Shown here: positions 49,598 through 60,557 of the stretch, piece after piece
Layout of the letters: each line of letters begins with the position of its first letter
Position numbering within the stretch: position 1 is the stretch's first letter
Assembly (NCBI RefSeq): GCF_052425735.1
Contig: NC_135760.1
Coordinates: forward strand, 21,142,001 to 21,206,000
Source: Oculina patagonica
Taxonomy: Eukaryota
Length of the DNA: 64,000 bases
Direction of reading: 5' to 3'
Notes under the pieces: model-generated
The model's database searches: none
What the model was told of the DNA's origin: nothing
The model's input: the letters and a program-made list of their open reading frames with translations, nothing else
Translations under genes and position numbers: made by a program

Positions 49598-51373
49598 ATC
49601 TGTCGCTGGGAATGGGGGTGGGGGTGGGTGTGAGGCTGTAACAACACTGGCCTCACTTGGTCGAATGACTGCCTCTGGTGGCCCATCCGTCGCGTCGCCA
49701 TCTTTTCCTCTTCCTCCTAACTCCTTGATAAGTTTTCCCACAGCAGAATCAACAACATGTTTACTTTGAAAGCCAATCCATAGTTTTGTCCCCACCAGCA
49801 TTCCTAACCAGCCGTCTGCCTGGTAATTGCGTTGCATCATCAAAGGAATGATGTCTTTTCTCAGTTGATAGGCGTATTCGGCTTCTGATCGACAGTTGGG
49901 GCTTTCTTTGTAGCGTTGTGACAGGCAGACCAGCACAACAGCGGCGTCTTCGACGGCCTTGGCCATCGCTTCTAGTGTGGACCCACCCATCTGCTCCAGA
50001 TCCATCCACACTCGATACCCTTTGGCCTGAAGCTTGTTCTTGACTTCCACTAAGATTTCTTGGGAATCCCATTGGTAGCTGATCATCACGTGATTTCCAG
50101 TGGCCTCTTTAGTCTTTTCGGCATTGTTTCTTGCTGTCTTTCCTTCAATCTCCCACAATGCACCTGACGCTGCCTTTTGCACCTCCGGGTTTCCACTGTG
50201 GTGTAACTCGCGTAATGTATCCAACGCCCCTTCCTCTTGCCTAATGACATCTTTATTGAAGTCGTCAAACGCCAACATCCACAGAGCCCTTGCAGCACTT
50301 GCGCGTTCCTCGTCATCGTTTGAAGTCTTCAGAATCGACGTTAGCACACGTACCGCTCCATTTTTGCCCAGAATCTTCTTGTTGTCGTCGTTGATGGCAA
50401 GGTGGCTAAGTCCTTCTGCAAGCTCTGTCGCGGAATACCCGAGGTATCGTCGGTCTTCAGACTGACATGCTCCGTATAACTTTGTTACGATAGAGACAAG
50501 CAGGTTTTCGTCGGCTGAAATTAAATGATTGGTTTCTTCATTTACCAGGTACCCAAGGCAGAGCAAGGCTTCAGTAGCAATGTTTTCATTGTTAACCTTG
50601 GCAAAATAGAGTAATGTCTCCTCGCTGTTAGCAAACAACTCACGGTCTCTCAGCCGTCGCGAAATGTTGTACAAAATTCCGAGACATGAATCGATAAGTT
50701 CGACTGACTCGGATTCATTTTGCCAGTTTCCATTTTCCCGAAGACGTATTATATTTTCAAGACACATAGAAACTACTCCCGCTTTGGCACTCGCCGAGCA
50801 AAAGCCGTCGGTGATGTCTGAAATGTTATGAATCGTTCCGAGCACTGTTTGGAGACAATCAAAACAAGTGAAATCCCACGATTTCTCATCTGCGCTTTCA
50901 TGGTCTGATTCATCACCCATCTCGTAGTAATCGTTGAAACAATTCTGAGCGAACTTTTGCAACACCGCTGCGCCGTCGATTTCTACCACAAAGTCCACGA
51001 TTTCGGTGTTTTCTCTAGCTTCGCTATAGGATGTAGTGAACATGTTAGCAATAGCATTGCCCACCAGCTCCGAATTATTCGCGAAAGTGTTTCGTAACAC
51101 TTGCATATTCTTAAACATTGTTTGCAGATCGTCGGCTTGTTCCGGGTAGTTTATTTTGTATCTTTCAAGCGTATCTATGTGTAACACAGCCCATTCAGTG
51201 TTATCTTGAATCGAATTCGTCTCATTTCTCTCGTGCTCCCTAGGCGGCCTGTCGTGACTCAACCACTGTTCTTGAAGCACCTTTGGTTGAGCGGCATTTT
51301 GCATTGGAGATTCTGGGGAGTTGGACTGAGTGACCGCCGCGTTACCTTGCGGCTGCACCGTTTGAAGCTCCAT
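49361..51373 (-). CDS. ARM-repeat / TIR / SAM domain protein, copy 1 (670 aa, intronless, starts MELQ)
   Basis: ARM repeats (EGLSHLAINDDNKKILGKNGAV, AARALWMLAF, PEVQKAASGALWEI); TIR_2-type HVMISYQW...VWMD...AVEDA..VLVCLSQRYKESPNCRSEAEYA...IIPL; SAM VSGWTNQDVKKWLKEIGL...LNGQTL. First ATG at 51373 aligns with the copy 2 ATG. Confidence 0.92.
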   Translation of the reverse strand: MELQTVQPQGNAAVTQSNSPESPMQNAAQPKVLQEQWLSHDRPPREHERNETNSIQDNTEWAVLHIDTLERYKINYPEQADDLQTMFKNMQVLRNTFANNSELVGNAIANMFTTSYSEARENTEIVDFVVEIDGAAVLQKFAQNCFNDYYEMGDESDHESADEKSWDFTCFDCLQTVLGTIHNISDITDGFCSASAKAGVVSMCLENIIRLRENGNWQNESESVELIDSCLGILYNISRRLRDRELFANSEETLLYFAKVNNENIATEALLCLGYLVNEETNHLISADENLLVSIVTKLYGACQSEDRRYLGYSATELAEGLSHLAINDDNKKILGKNGAVRVLTSILKTSNDDEERASAARALWMLAFDDFNKDVIRQEEGALDTLRELHHSGNPEVQKAASGALWEIEGKTARNNAEKTKEATGNHVMISYQWDSQEILVEVKNKLQAKGYRVWMDLEQMGGSTLEAMAKAVEDAAVVLVCLSQRYKESPNCRSEAEYAYQLRKDIIPLMMQRNYQADGWLGMLVGTKLWIGFQSKHVVDSAVGKLIKELGGRGKDGDATDGPPEAVIRPSEASVVTASHPPPPPFPATDVSGWTNQDVKKWLKEIGLAKVCKKKNISELNGQTLIGLQKLRGECPEYFYKGLEQTLKLKNLFHLLKFTNELEKLVGH

Positions 51374-51682
51374 ATTGATTGAACTTGCTAGATAACTGTG
51401 CGGCCGCACAAACGATACGATATTTCTTGAACGCTGTCGCAGTTGCTGTATGCGGAACTGAATTGGGTTGTTATCGAAGACACTACTCGCCTTGATTTCA
51501 GTCAGCAACAAATTTAGCAGAGATCGTCACGCGAACACAACGTCCCGGGTTTATACTTAAAATACGGTGTGTAGTTGAGAATGTAGTTTTTCCGTTAGCT
51601 ACATGTGGAAAACAAACAGAATATTTTCCTTTTCCAGGCGAAATCAGTCATTTAGCATGTAGATTTCTAGGCGGTGACCCAG

Positions 51683-51690
51683 TGACGTCA
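51683..51690. promoter_or_regulatory. CRE/ATF palindrome TGACGTCA upstream of copy 1, also present at 57718-57725 upstream of copy 2
   Basis: Exact palindrome retained in both promoters; function not shown. Confidence 0.4.
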
Positions 51691-52559
51691 ACGTAAATTT
51701 GAGGTTGATTTCCACTGTCGCGTAAATATTTACGTATGTGAAACGTGCGTTTCCATGTGTTTAACTCAACAATAAATCATCGCTTAGACCATAGAGCAAA
51801 ATAGAATTGCTGCTCAGTTAGAAATAACCAGTACGAGATATAAATGAAAAAGTCACGTTATATTTTATGAGTTTTAAAAGTAGCACGAAAACAACTCTGA
51901 TATCTCTACCTTCAAAGCCTTCAAAAGCGATCAAAGTGCCTTTGACCTTTAATACTTACGGCAGAGTATCGTATATCGCATGCACACTTTAAATAACACA
52001 CTTCTTGTTGAACAGCAACAAAAGGAAACATGAACGCTATATCGCTACTGGGTATGTCTAAAAGCCTTAGGCTTTCTTGTTAGCCAAAAGAGTGGTTAAC
52101 CATTAACCACCCGGTTTCAATCTACTCAGTAGTTTCTTGTTACTTTTTACGCGACAGTGGAAATTTGCCAACGTACGTCTTTAAACGCGTACGTATAACG
52201 CACGTAATTTTAATCCCTCAAGTGGTTAGTAATTTAAAACATTTCCTCCGTTCCATTCCCCATTCCCCTTCCCCTATTGAAGTAAAAGGGGTGATAAAAG
52301 ATGACCAGTTTTAAGCCAATCAACATGCGTGACCTTCAATGCCCTACCGACAAAAAAAAAACGACGACAAAAAAAATAGCCGAAGGTAGATTATGAACCG
52401 GGGGGGGGGCACCAGACCCCCACCCGTTTCTTTTTCACGTGTGTTGAACGTACGTAAATGGCTGCCATCCTGAACTTTGGCGCCAAAAAGCAAGGAGATC
52501 GCGGATAATTTGATGTGCCAGCCGCCAAAGTAAATGGCACCCGTTGCATAAAGAGAGTT

Positions 52560-52850
52560 TGTTTAAACCCGTTATCAAGTGGGTGAATACCACACGCTAG
52601 AAAATGAAATGCGTGAAAATGACCACGAGTCATTTGATAAATACTTCCGGATGACGCTTCAGGTATTATTGGACCACTTCCTTTCTCTTATGGGGCCGAT
52701 ATCGCAATGCTGCGATCGAAGAGTCGTGAACCTATCAGTCCTGCTAAACGTCTTGCCGTTACTTTACGTTTCTTAGCTACCAGTCATTCCCTCAGACTAT
52801 ATCAATAAGGTTTAGTCAGAATTAGTCATGGCCGTCTTTGGTATTCTATC
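52560..52850 (+). pseudogene. Degenerate PIF/Harbinger (HARBI1-like) transposase fragment
   Basis: Frameshifted translation GEYHTLENEMRENDHESFDKYFRMT...REPISPAKRLAVTLRFLAT matches the Harbinger N-terminal FRM...ISP.ERL.VTLRFLATG pattern. Confidence 0.75.
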
Positions 52851-52869
52851 ACAGCTATACCAATAACGT

Positions 52870-53370
52870 TAAAGAAATTATTATAGCATAAACGTAAACA
52901 AGATTGACCAATGAACAATTTGAGGTCATGGTGACGTCAAAATCTGTTTCCATGGCAACGTCACGAGGTTAAAGATACCCTATTTTGGATCTTTCTAGGC
53001 TAATAACTCAAAAACTACCCGGTGAAAGTTCTTCTTTTTCACTATTTTTATCCAACCATCAAAATAAACATTTTTGCAAATTTTTAAAGAATTCTGTCAA
53101 AACGATTCGGAGCATAAATTTAAGGTGGCTCTGCACATTTCTCCTGTCTGACAGAATTTTTTTAAAAATTGCCAGATCGTTTCTCTTGTCCTTTAGACAA
53201 AAAAACAAAAACTTTTACCGTCTACTGAGTTTTAGAGTAATTAGCCTCAAACAGTCAAAATTAAGCTATCTTTGACCACTTTTGTAGCTGCCATGGCAAC
53301 GAATTTTGACGTCACAGTAACTCCAATTTGTTTAGTAATAAGATCTTTACAAGGATGTTCTGAAACTTAT
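52870..53370. mobile_element. MITE-like element with imperfect inverted arms carrying X-box and CRE motifs
   Basis: aacaatttgaggtcatggtgacgtcaaaat...ccatggca mirrors tgccatggcaacgaattttgacgtcac...aatttgttt. Confidence 0.55.
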
Positions 53371-54146
53371 ACATTTTACGCGTGCAATTACGTGTGTTGA
53401 TCTGACTTAACGTTGTCAATTTCGAATGCCATGTTTATTTCTAGGTATTTACGTACGTTACACGCACGTATACGCACTGAGCGATCGTGAGGGTTTTCGC
53501 ATTTTTTTCGCGGTTGTCTGCGGTTACGCAGCGATTTACTGATCATACTTTTGGATTTTATCACTTGACACCACTTGCCATGTCGACGCCATTTTGTTTT
53601 AATCGCCGTCGACATATTCAGATGTAGAAGCACTTTTTATAGATGAAGTTCGAAAATTTTCAGCAATATGACCCCGCGGCCAGGGTTCGAACCCGGACCG
53701 CTCGATCCGGAGTCCGGTGCACTTACCATTAAATATTGCCGCGAACTATGTACTGAGACAATGTGTATCTACGTTGTAATTCACTTAAAAGTCCATTTTC
53801 AAATATGTTTTTTGCATGTCACAGTTTACTTGAAATAGGGCAAGGCACTTTACTCTTAATGTGCCTCTCTCCACGGCCACCCAGGTGTAGAAATAGGCAC
53901 CGGGGCGCGGCGACATAATGCTGGGGAGTATCCTGCGATGGATTAACATCCCATTCAGGGTGGAGTAGAAATATTCCTAGCCGGGATAAGCTCCGGCAAG
54001 TATGGGCCGCATGGCTCGAGGCTTCCCTATTACGGGGTGTCACAACCTTATCAACCAGAAACCAATATTGGAAACCAAAAACCTTTTTTCGTCCCCGCCT
54101 TTCCGCCTCCCCCTCCTTCTTTACAATCTAGGTAGTTGGCTAAGTT

Positions 54147-54428
54147 GTGGGAGGCGCGGTGGCCTAATGGTTAGTGCGCCTGACTCTGGATCGAGCGGTC
54201 CGGATTCGAGCCCTGGCCGGGGTCACTGTGTTGTGTTCTTGGGCAAGACACTTTACTCTCAGAGTGCCTCTCTCCACCCAGATGTATAAATTGGTACCGG
54301 CGACATAATGCTGGGAAGGGTACCCTGCGATTGACTAGCATCCCATTCAGGGGGAGTAGAAATATTCCTAGCCGCTTAATGCTACGGAAACCGGAATAAG
54401 CTCCGGCAGTATGGGCCCCATGGCTCAA
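54147..54428 (+). mobile_element. Full-length tRNA-derived SINE. A 5'-truncated copy is at ~53835-54020; fragments at ~53670-53730, ~12145-12250 and ~33860-34010
   Basis: A box ggtggcctaatggttag, B box ggattcgagccc, conserved body tgtgttgtgttcttgggcaagacacttt...ctagcatcccattcagggggagtagaaat. Confidence 0.9.
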
Positions 54429-55652
54429 GGCTTCCCCCCTTGGCTACGCGTTGGCTACGCGTTGGCTACGCGTGGAACAAATCACTGCTCACCTGTTCCT
54501 GGACGTCTTCAACAACAAGCTTTAGTGACTTACGCAGTACATTGTAAGATCGATACGTCTGCGTTCTCAGCAGGCCAGTGGACTCCAGCAGAGAAAGCGT
54601 CCTGTACGCATGCTCAAAACCATAAGTCTTGAAGAACATGGAAAACCACGTAAGTCTCTTTTAACAATCTTTGTTTGGGTTGGGAAATTGGGAAAGAGAA
54701 GAAAAGGGAAATTTGAGAAAGAGAAAATGCAAAAGAGGGGTCAATTAGGAGAGTTTTGTATCAGCATGGTATCTGGTGATATTCCTCTCAATTTCGCAAG
54801 AAAAGTTTTAATGTTTACAAATTAAATTTCTTTATTACACCAAGAGATATACATTTTTATAAATTTTTATTGAACAACATGACTAAGCAAGACTGATACG
54901 GCAAACATAATGTTACTTAGCGACATCGCTAAAGAATGAGGGTCGAAAAAGGTCGCTGTTTCACAAACTGAAACATTTAACGCAACAAGACAACGGACAA
55001 CACCAACCTGTAGAATTTCACGACAGTAGAACTCCAGCATCTTGGGTTTGAAGCCGTTATTCGTCAAACATTGAGCACACAGCAAACGAAGCACCTTGTG
55101 AAAAGTGAAAGAAAATTAAGAAAATTAACGGCAGTAGCGTACGCGACAGGTCGAGAAGGGAAGACGGGGGGAGGGGAAACAAGCGAGGAGCGCGCGAAAA
55201 GGAAACGAATAGCACGATCCCACGTAACGTTTTCATTTCACGCTTTACTTCTTCCTTGCCCGCACCTGCTTTGAAGGGTAGGAGAGTGGTCACGAACTTG
55301 GTCAAACATTTCTATAATTATCTAAATGTGTATGTGTAGATATTCCTGCAGGAACCCTTATTTGAAACCTTGTGTATTACTTAGAGAGTCATACACAACA
55401 TTGTTGTGTTTCCTTTTATTCTCTCGGAAAATATAACGTGAAACCGACTGCAATTCTATTGCGTCGGCAGTCCAGTGACTTCAGTATCAACTTCAAGATG
55501 ACAAAGGTGAATTTACCACCTTAGCCAACCTGTGAAGCTACCATTTGAACTCCAAATGACTGGAGGCTAACACAAGCTTTTTGAATTTGCCACGGTGGCC
55601 GTCCTACTTTTATCAACCAAAAGTCGGTAATAAATTACTTTTTTCTCCAGTT

Positions 55653-56091
55653 ACTGTTTTATGGCTCTGAAACGTGGAGAGTAACAGAAACAACCTCCAA
55701 CAAACTGCAGTCCTTTGTCAACAGATGCCTGAGGTCCATCATGGGCATCCACTGGCCAGAGGTCATAACGAACGAAGAACTGTGAACAACAACTGAGCAG
55801 GAAAGGATCAACATCCAGATAATTAAGAAGGCAAAAGTGGGGTTGGATTGGGCACACCCTCAGAAAAACAAACTGCAATGTCACCAAGCAGGCACTGAGG
55901 TGGAACCCACAGGGGAAGAGGAGCCGAGGCCGTCCCAGAAACAGCTGGAGGAGGACGGTAGACGACGAGGCGAGCAAAGCAGGCTACACCTGGTGGCAGC
56001 TTGAAAGAATAGCCCAAAACAGACCACGATGGCGAGCAACAGTTCCCACGGGCATATGCTCCACTGGGAGTGAAAAAAGAAGAAGAAGAAG
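55653..56091 (+). mobile_element. 5'-truncated non-LTR retrotransposon (RTE-clade-like) 3' end
   Basis: Disrupted translation YGSETWRVT...KLQSFVNRCLRSIMGIHWPEVITNEEL*...WGWIGHTLRK...ALRWNPQGKRSRGRPRNSWRR; (GAA)n tail; ACTGTTTT repeated at both ends. Confidence 0.88.
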
Positions 56092-57322
56092 ACTGTTTTT
56101 ATTAAAATTTGTGTACAGGTAATGCATGTATAAGCGGTTTCTTTATTCCAAAGCATTTCTCTATGTAAGGGTTGATTTTGTCCGTGTCCAGTCCTTGCGC
56201 CAGTTCTGAGAAGTAAACAGAAAAGGAGAATATAATAGGGGTATAGTTATGAACAGAATCAAATACCTTGGTGCTTTTCCTTTTTTAAAAAAAAAAAAAA
56301 AATGTGCCAGTAAAGTTAGAGCAAAAGCAAATAAAAACATAGAACCATGCATTTTTCCAGGAATTATAACCATTTCGCTTTATTAACTAAGTTCTAGCCA
56401 TGTAGAAGACTATAGCTCTGATCAAATCTGCCTTATTATATTTCTGTAATACTACAATCTTGGACAATTAAAATGATAGATTAAGACCACCCCGACCTCC
56501 TTCCCACCCCCATTTCAATGTTTAAGCGTGAATTTATCATTGATTCGGGTGGAAAGGGTAGGGCCTTTTCTTTTTTATTCCGTCCAAGATTGCAGCCTTG
56601 CGTTTGTTGCTTTATTGGTGATAACAAAAAACGGAGCAGCCGGGAAAGGAATTGGGAGGAGGGCTCACAACAGTGGATAATACTGGCATCAGTGTTAACA
56701 TTGTGCCTCATTAGCATACGACTTTCGCGTAGAGAAGGCACACTGCTTTATACTAATTGTCTCTAAAACAAACACGTAGTTGTAAATTCAATTGCATAGA
56801 TAGTTATTAATATATCGCTTAAAAATCAAAAAGCTTGTGAAACTTAGTAATCGCTGAATATTTAAGCTCGTCACGAGTATTATTTGACTTTCAAAAACTG
56901 CAACATTGCTACATGGCAAAAGCGCTAATGAACCCATACATTCTTTGTAATACTTCAAGTTATTAAACCTGGGTCACTGAAGCACGTATGCTAATGAGAC
57001 AATTATTGTAAACAAAGATTCGCCTGTCTGCATTTGAAAGGAACCCACGAACCATAAGCAAGCACAGAAGGGCGTTGGTTTGCTTTTGTCCACAAAAAGG
57101 AATATGCATTTTGAATTACAAAGTAGGAAAATGCGAGTTACAATACGGAACAACCCGGCTAAGAAAGAGATATACCATCATTTTATGGTGGGAAGGAAAC
57201 AGTTTACGTACCAAACTTCAAGGCTTACAAACGATTAGGTATTGTTTGTGAAACGTTCCAAACAATGATTGCGTGATGAGCCCAAAGAACGTTTGCGTGA
57301 CTGTCGACTCCTAGCGATAGCA

Positions 57323-57675
57323 TACCGTAAAATTCCGGTTATATTCTTGGGCTTAAACAACTTTGTAAGGGGTTTTGGGTGGGCTTATTAACGAAGGGTT
57401 ATACCCGGGAGGGGGTGGGGCGGAATAAGCGGAATAAAAAATGTTTCGAAACGAACCACGACAATGTTGATCGAAATAAGTTTTTAAGTTTAAATGTCAT
57501 AATAAAGCAACATTTAGCCCTGTTCTGTACTGTCACCCAGCAGAGGGGGGCTTATATCCGGGAGGAGGGGGGGGGGGCTTATAACCGGATGTATATTTTG
57601 TTTTCAGGTAGATGGCCCTATAAACAGGGGGCTTATAAGCAGGGGGAGGCGGCTTATAACCGGAATTTTACGGTA
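57323..57675. mobile_element. TACCGTA-type MITE
   Basis: taccgtaaaattccggttata ... tataaccggaattttacggta. Confidence 0.85.
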
Positions 57676-57706
57676 TAGCATGTCACTGAACAGACTGATG
57701 CAACAG

Positions 57707-60557
57707 TAAATTTACATTGACGTCACTGGGTCGCCGCCTAGAAATCTACATGCTAAATGATTGATTTCGCCTGGAAACGGAAAATATTCGGATTGTTTTC
57801 CACCTGTAGCCGATGGAAAAACTACAATCTCAACTACACACCGTCTTTTAAACACGAGGGCGCGCTATAAAAGGGAGCTTTCCAGGGAAGCCCAGGGCTC
57901 ATTTGTAAACCCAGGATGCTGTGTTCGCGTAACGTTCTCCGCTAAATTAGTTGCCGACTGAAATCAAGGCGAGTAAATGTCTTCGATAACAACCCAACCC
58001 AGTTCCGCATCATAGCAACTGCCACCGCGTTCTAGAAACTTCATATCGCTCGTGTAGCTAAACAGTAATCTAGCCAGTTCAATCAAAATGGGTACTGGTG
58101 GATCAAAAAAGCTTCAAATTGTGCAGCCGCAAGCTGACGAGGCGGCGAATTCCAGTTCTCCAGAATCTCCAATGCAAAATCCTGTTCAACCAAATGTGCT
58201 TCAAGAACAGTGGCTGAGTCACGACAGGCCGCCTAGGGAGCACGAGAGAAATGAGACGAATTCGATTCAAGATAACACTGAATGGGATGTGTTGCACAGA
58301 GGCACGCTTGGAAGATACAAGATAAACTACCCGGAACAAGCCGGAGATCTGCAAACAATGTTTGAGAATATGCAAGTGTTACGAAACACTTTTGCGAATA
58401 ATTCACGAGGACAAGATCGGTATACGGAGCTTGTGAACGAGACTATTGATAACATGTTCAATACATCCTGTAGCGACGCTAGAGAATACACCGCAATCGT
58501 GGACTTTGTGGTGGAAATCGAAGGCGCGGCGGTCTTGCAAAAGGTCGCTCAGAATTGTTTCAACGATTACTACGAGATGGGTGATGAATCAGACGATGAA
58601 AGCACAGATGACACAGATGACGAATGGTGTGATCAATTCACTTGTATTAATTGTCTCCTAACCGTGCTAGGAACTCTTCATAACCTTTCAGACAAAACCG
58701 ATGCCTTTTGCTCGGCGAGTGCCAAAGCAGGAGTGGTTCCTTTGTGTCTTGAAAATATAATACGTCTTCGGGAAAATGGAAACTGGCAAAATGAATTCCG
58801 GTCAGTCCAACTTATCGATTCATGTCTCGGAATTTTGTACAACATTTCGCGACGGCTGAGAGACCGTGAGTTGTTTGCTAACAGCGAGGAGACATTACTC
58901 TATTTTGCCAAGGTTAACAATGAAAACATTGCTACTGAAGCCTTGTTATGCCTAGGGTACCTAGTAAATGAAGAAACCAATCATTTAATTTCAGCCGACC
59001 TTGAGCTGCTTGTGTGTATCGTAACAAAGTTATACGGAGCATGTCAGTCTGAAGACCGACGATACCTCGGATATTCCGCGACAGAGCTTGCAGAAGGACT
59101 TAGCCACCTTGCCATCAACGACGACAACAAAAAGATTCTGGGCAAAAATGGAGCGGTACATGTGCTAACGTCGATTCTGAAGACTTCAAATGATGACGAG
59201 GAACGCGCAAGTGCTGCAAGGGCTCTGTGGATGTTAGCTTTCGACGACTCCAACAAAGATGTCATAAGGAAAGAAGCAGAGGCGTTGGATATATTACGCG
59301 AGTTACACCACAGCGGAAACCCGGAGGTGCAAAAGGCAGCGGCAGGTGCATTGTGGGAGATTGAAGGAAAGACAGCAAGAATCAGTACCGAGAAGACGAA
59401 AGGGGCTACTAGGAATCACGTGATGATCAGCTACCAATGGCATTCCCAGGAAATCTTAGTAAAAGTCAAGAACAAGCTTCAGGCCAATGGATATCGAGTG
59501 TGGATGGATCTGGAGCAGATGGGTGGGTCCACACTAGACGCGATGGCCAAGGCTGTCGAAGACGCCGCTGTTGTGCTTGTCTGCGTGTCACAACGCTACA
59601 AAGAAAGTCCTAATTGTCAGTCAGAAGCCGTATATGCGCATGAACGGAGAAAAGACATCGTTCCTTTGATGATGCAACGCAATTACAAGGCGGACGGCTG
59701 GCTGGGAATAATTGTGGGGGGAAAATACTGGATTGGCTTTGAGAGTAAACATGTTGTTGATTCTGCTGTTAGAAAACTTATCAAGGAGTTAGGAGGAAGA
59801 GGAAAAGATGGCGACGCGACGGATGGGCCACCAGAGGCAGTCATACGACCAAGTGAAACCAGTGTTCTAGGAGCCCCACCCCCAGCGACGGATGTCTCTG
59901 GCTGGACAAATCAAGATGTGAAAAAGTGGCTCACAGAAATTGGATTGGGGCACGTGTGCAAAAAGAAAAACATTTCTGATTTAAATGGGCAAACATTGAT
60001 CGATCTTCAGAAGCTCCGCGGAGAATGCCCGGAATACTTCTACAAGGGTCTAGAACAAACTCTGAACCTGAATAACATGTTTCACTTGCTCAAGTTCACA
60101 AATGAGCTAGAAAAACTTCTAGGACATTGAGATAAAATGAACATGCACCAGTTTTGCAAAACTGCTACATGGCCAGCATTGCTTCTTATTCTTCTTATTA
60201 AGTCAATGTTATTTTAGTAACAATATTATAATCACATACTTGTAAATAACATAATTATTTCAAGAATTACAAAATCACTGGCAATTGTTTTGCCAATATT
60301 TTGGTTTTATTAAAAAGAACTGCCTCAGTTGTATTACAACCGAAATATCACTATCACTCTGCAACGCTGCGTGACACGTTGAGAGTAGTGTTGCGTGACA
60401 CATGGAGAGTAGTGTTACATCTTAACGGCGTAAAAAACAAAGCATTTTCTTTAGTTATGTCCGTATTTCTAGCCTTGCATATTAAATTGTTTTATTGTTG
60501 TAGCTGTGATAATAGACGCGAAGTGTAATAAATCTCTTCTCGGAAACTAGCAAAACA
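57707..60557. repeat. Inverted duplication of ~48898-51700 (whole ARM-TIR-SAM gene with promoter and 3' flank)
   Basis: Reverse-complement match from aaatttac.ttgacgtcactggg to gtgtaataaatctcttct..ctagcaaaaca. Confidence 0.93.
58088..60130 (+). CDS. ARM-repeat / TIR / SAM domain protein, copy 2 (680 aa, intronless), with N-myristoylation motif MGTGGSKK
   Basis: Open 680-aa ORF with the same ARM, TIR (SPNCQSEAVYA) and SAM motifs as copy 1. Confidence 0.95.
   Translation: MGTGGSKKLQIVQPQADEAANSSSPESPMQNPVQPNVLQEQWLSHDRPPREHERNETNSIQDNTEWDVLHRGTLGRYKINYPEQAGDLQTMFENMQVLRNTFANNSRGQDRYTELVNETIDNMFNTSCSDAREYTAIVDFVVEIEGAAVLQKVAQNCFNDYYEMGDESDDESTDDTDDEWCDQFTCINCLLTVLGTLHNLSDKTDAFCSASAKAGVVPLCLENIIRLRENGNWQNEFRSVQLIDSCLGILYNISRRLRDRELFANSEETLLYFAKVNNENIATEALLCLGYLVNEETNHLISADLELLVCIVTKLYGACQSEDRRYLGYSATELAEGLSHLAINDDNKKILGKNGAVHVLTSILKTSNDDEERASAARALWMLAFDDSNKDVIRKEAEALDILRELHHSGNPEVQKAAAGALWEIEGKTARISTEKTKGATRNHVMISYQWHSQEILVKVKNKLQANGYRVWMDLEQMGGSTLDAMAKAVEDAAVVLVCVSQRYKESPNCQSEAVYAHERRKDIVPLMMQRNYKADGWLGIIVGGKYWIGFESKHVVDSAVRKLIKELGGRGKDGDATDGPPEAVIRPSETSVLGAPPPATDVSGWTNQDVKKWLTEIGLGHVCKKKNISDLNGQTLIDLQKLRGECPEYFYKGLEQTLNLNNMFHLLKFTNELEKLLGH

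Noticed and set aside
51374-51511. 46-aa N-terminal extension of copy 1 in the ORF track
   Set aside because: It begins at TTG. The homologous region of copy 2 is not an open extension, and the ATG at 51373 aligns with the copy 2 start.
54147-54225. tRNA gene
   Set aside because: A/B boxes belong to a SINE head that continues into the SINE body; no closed cloverleaf.
49361-60130. Calling the TIR genes SARM1 orthologues or bacterial HGT
   Set aside because: Domain order differs (TIR before a single SAM) and no SARM1-specific sequence was recognised. Lack of introns alone does not show HGT; the flanks are host-like. A phylogeny is needed.
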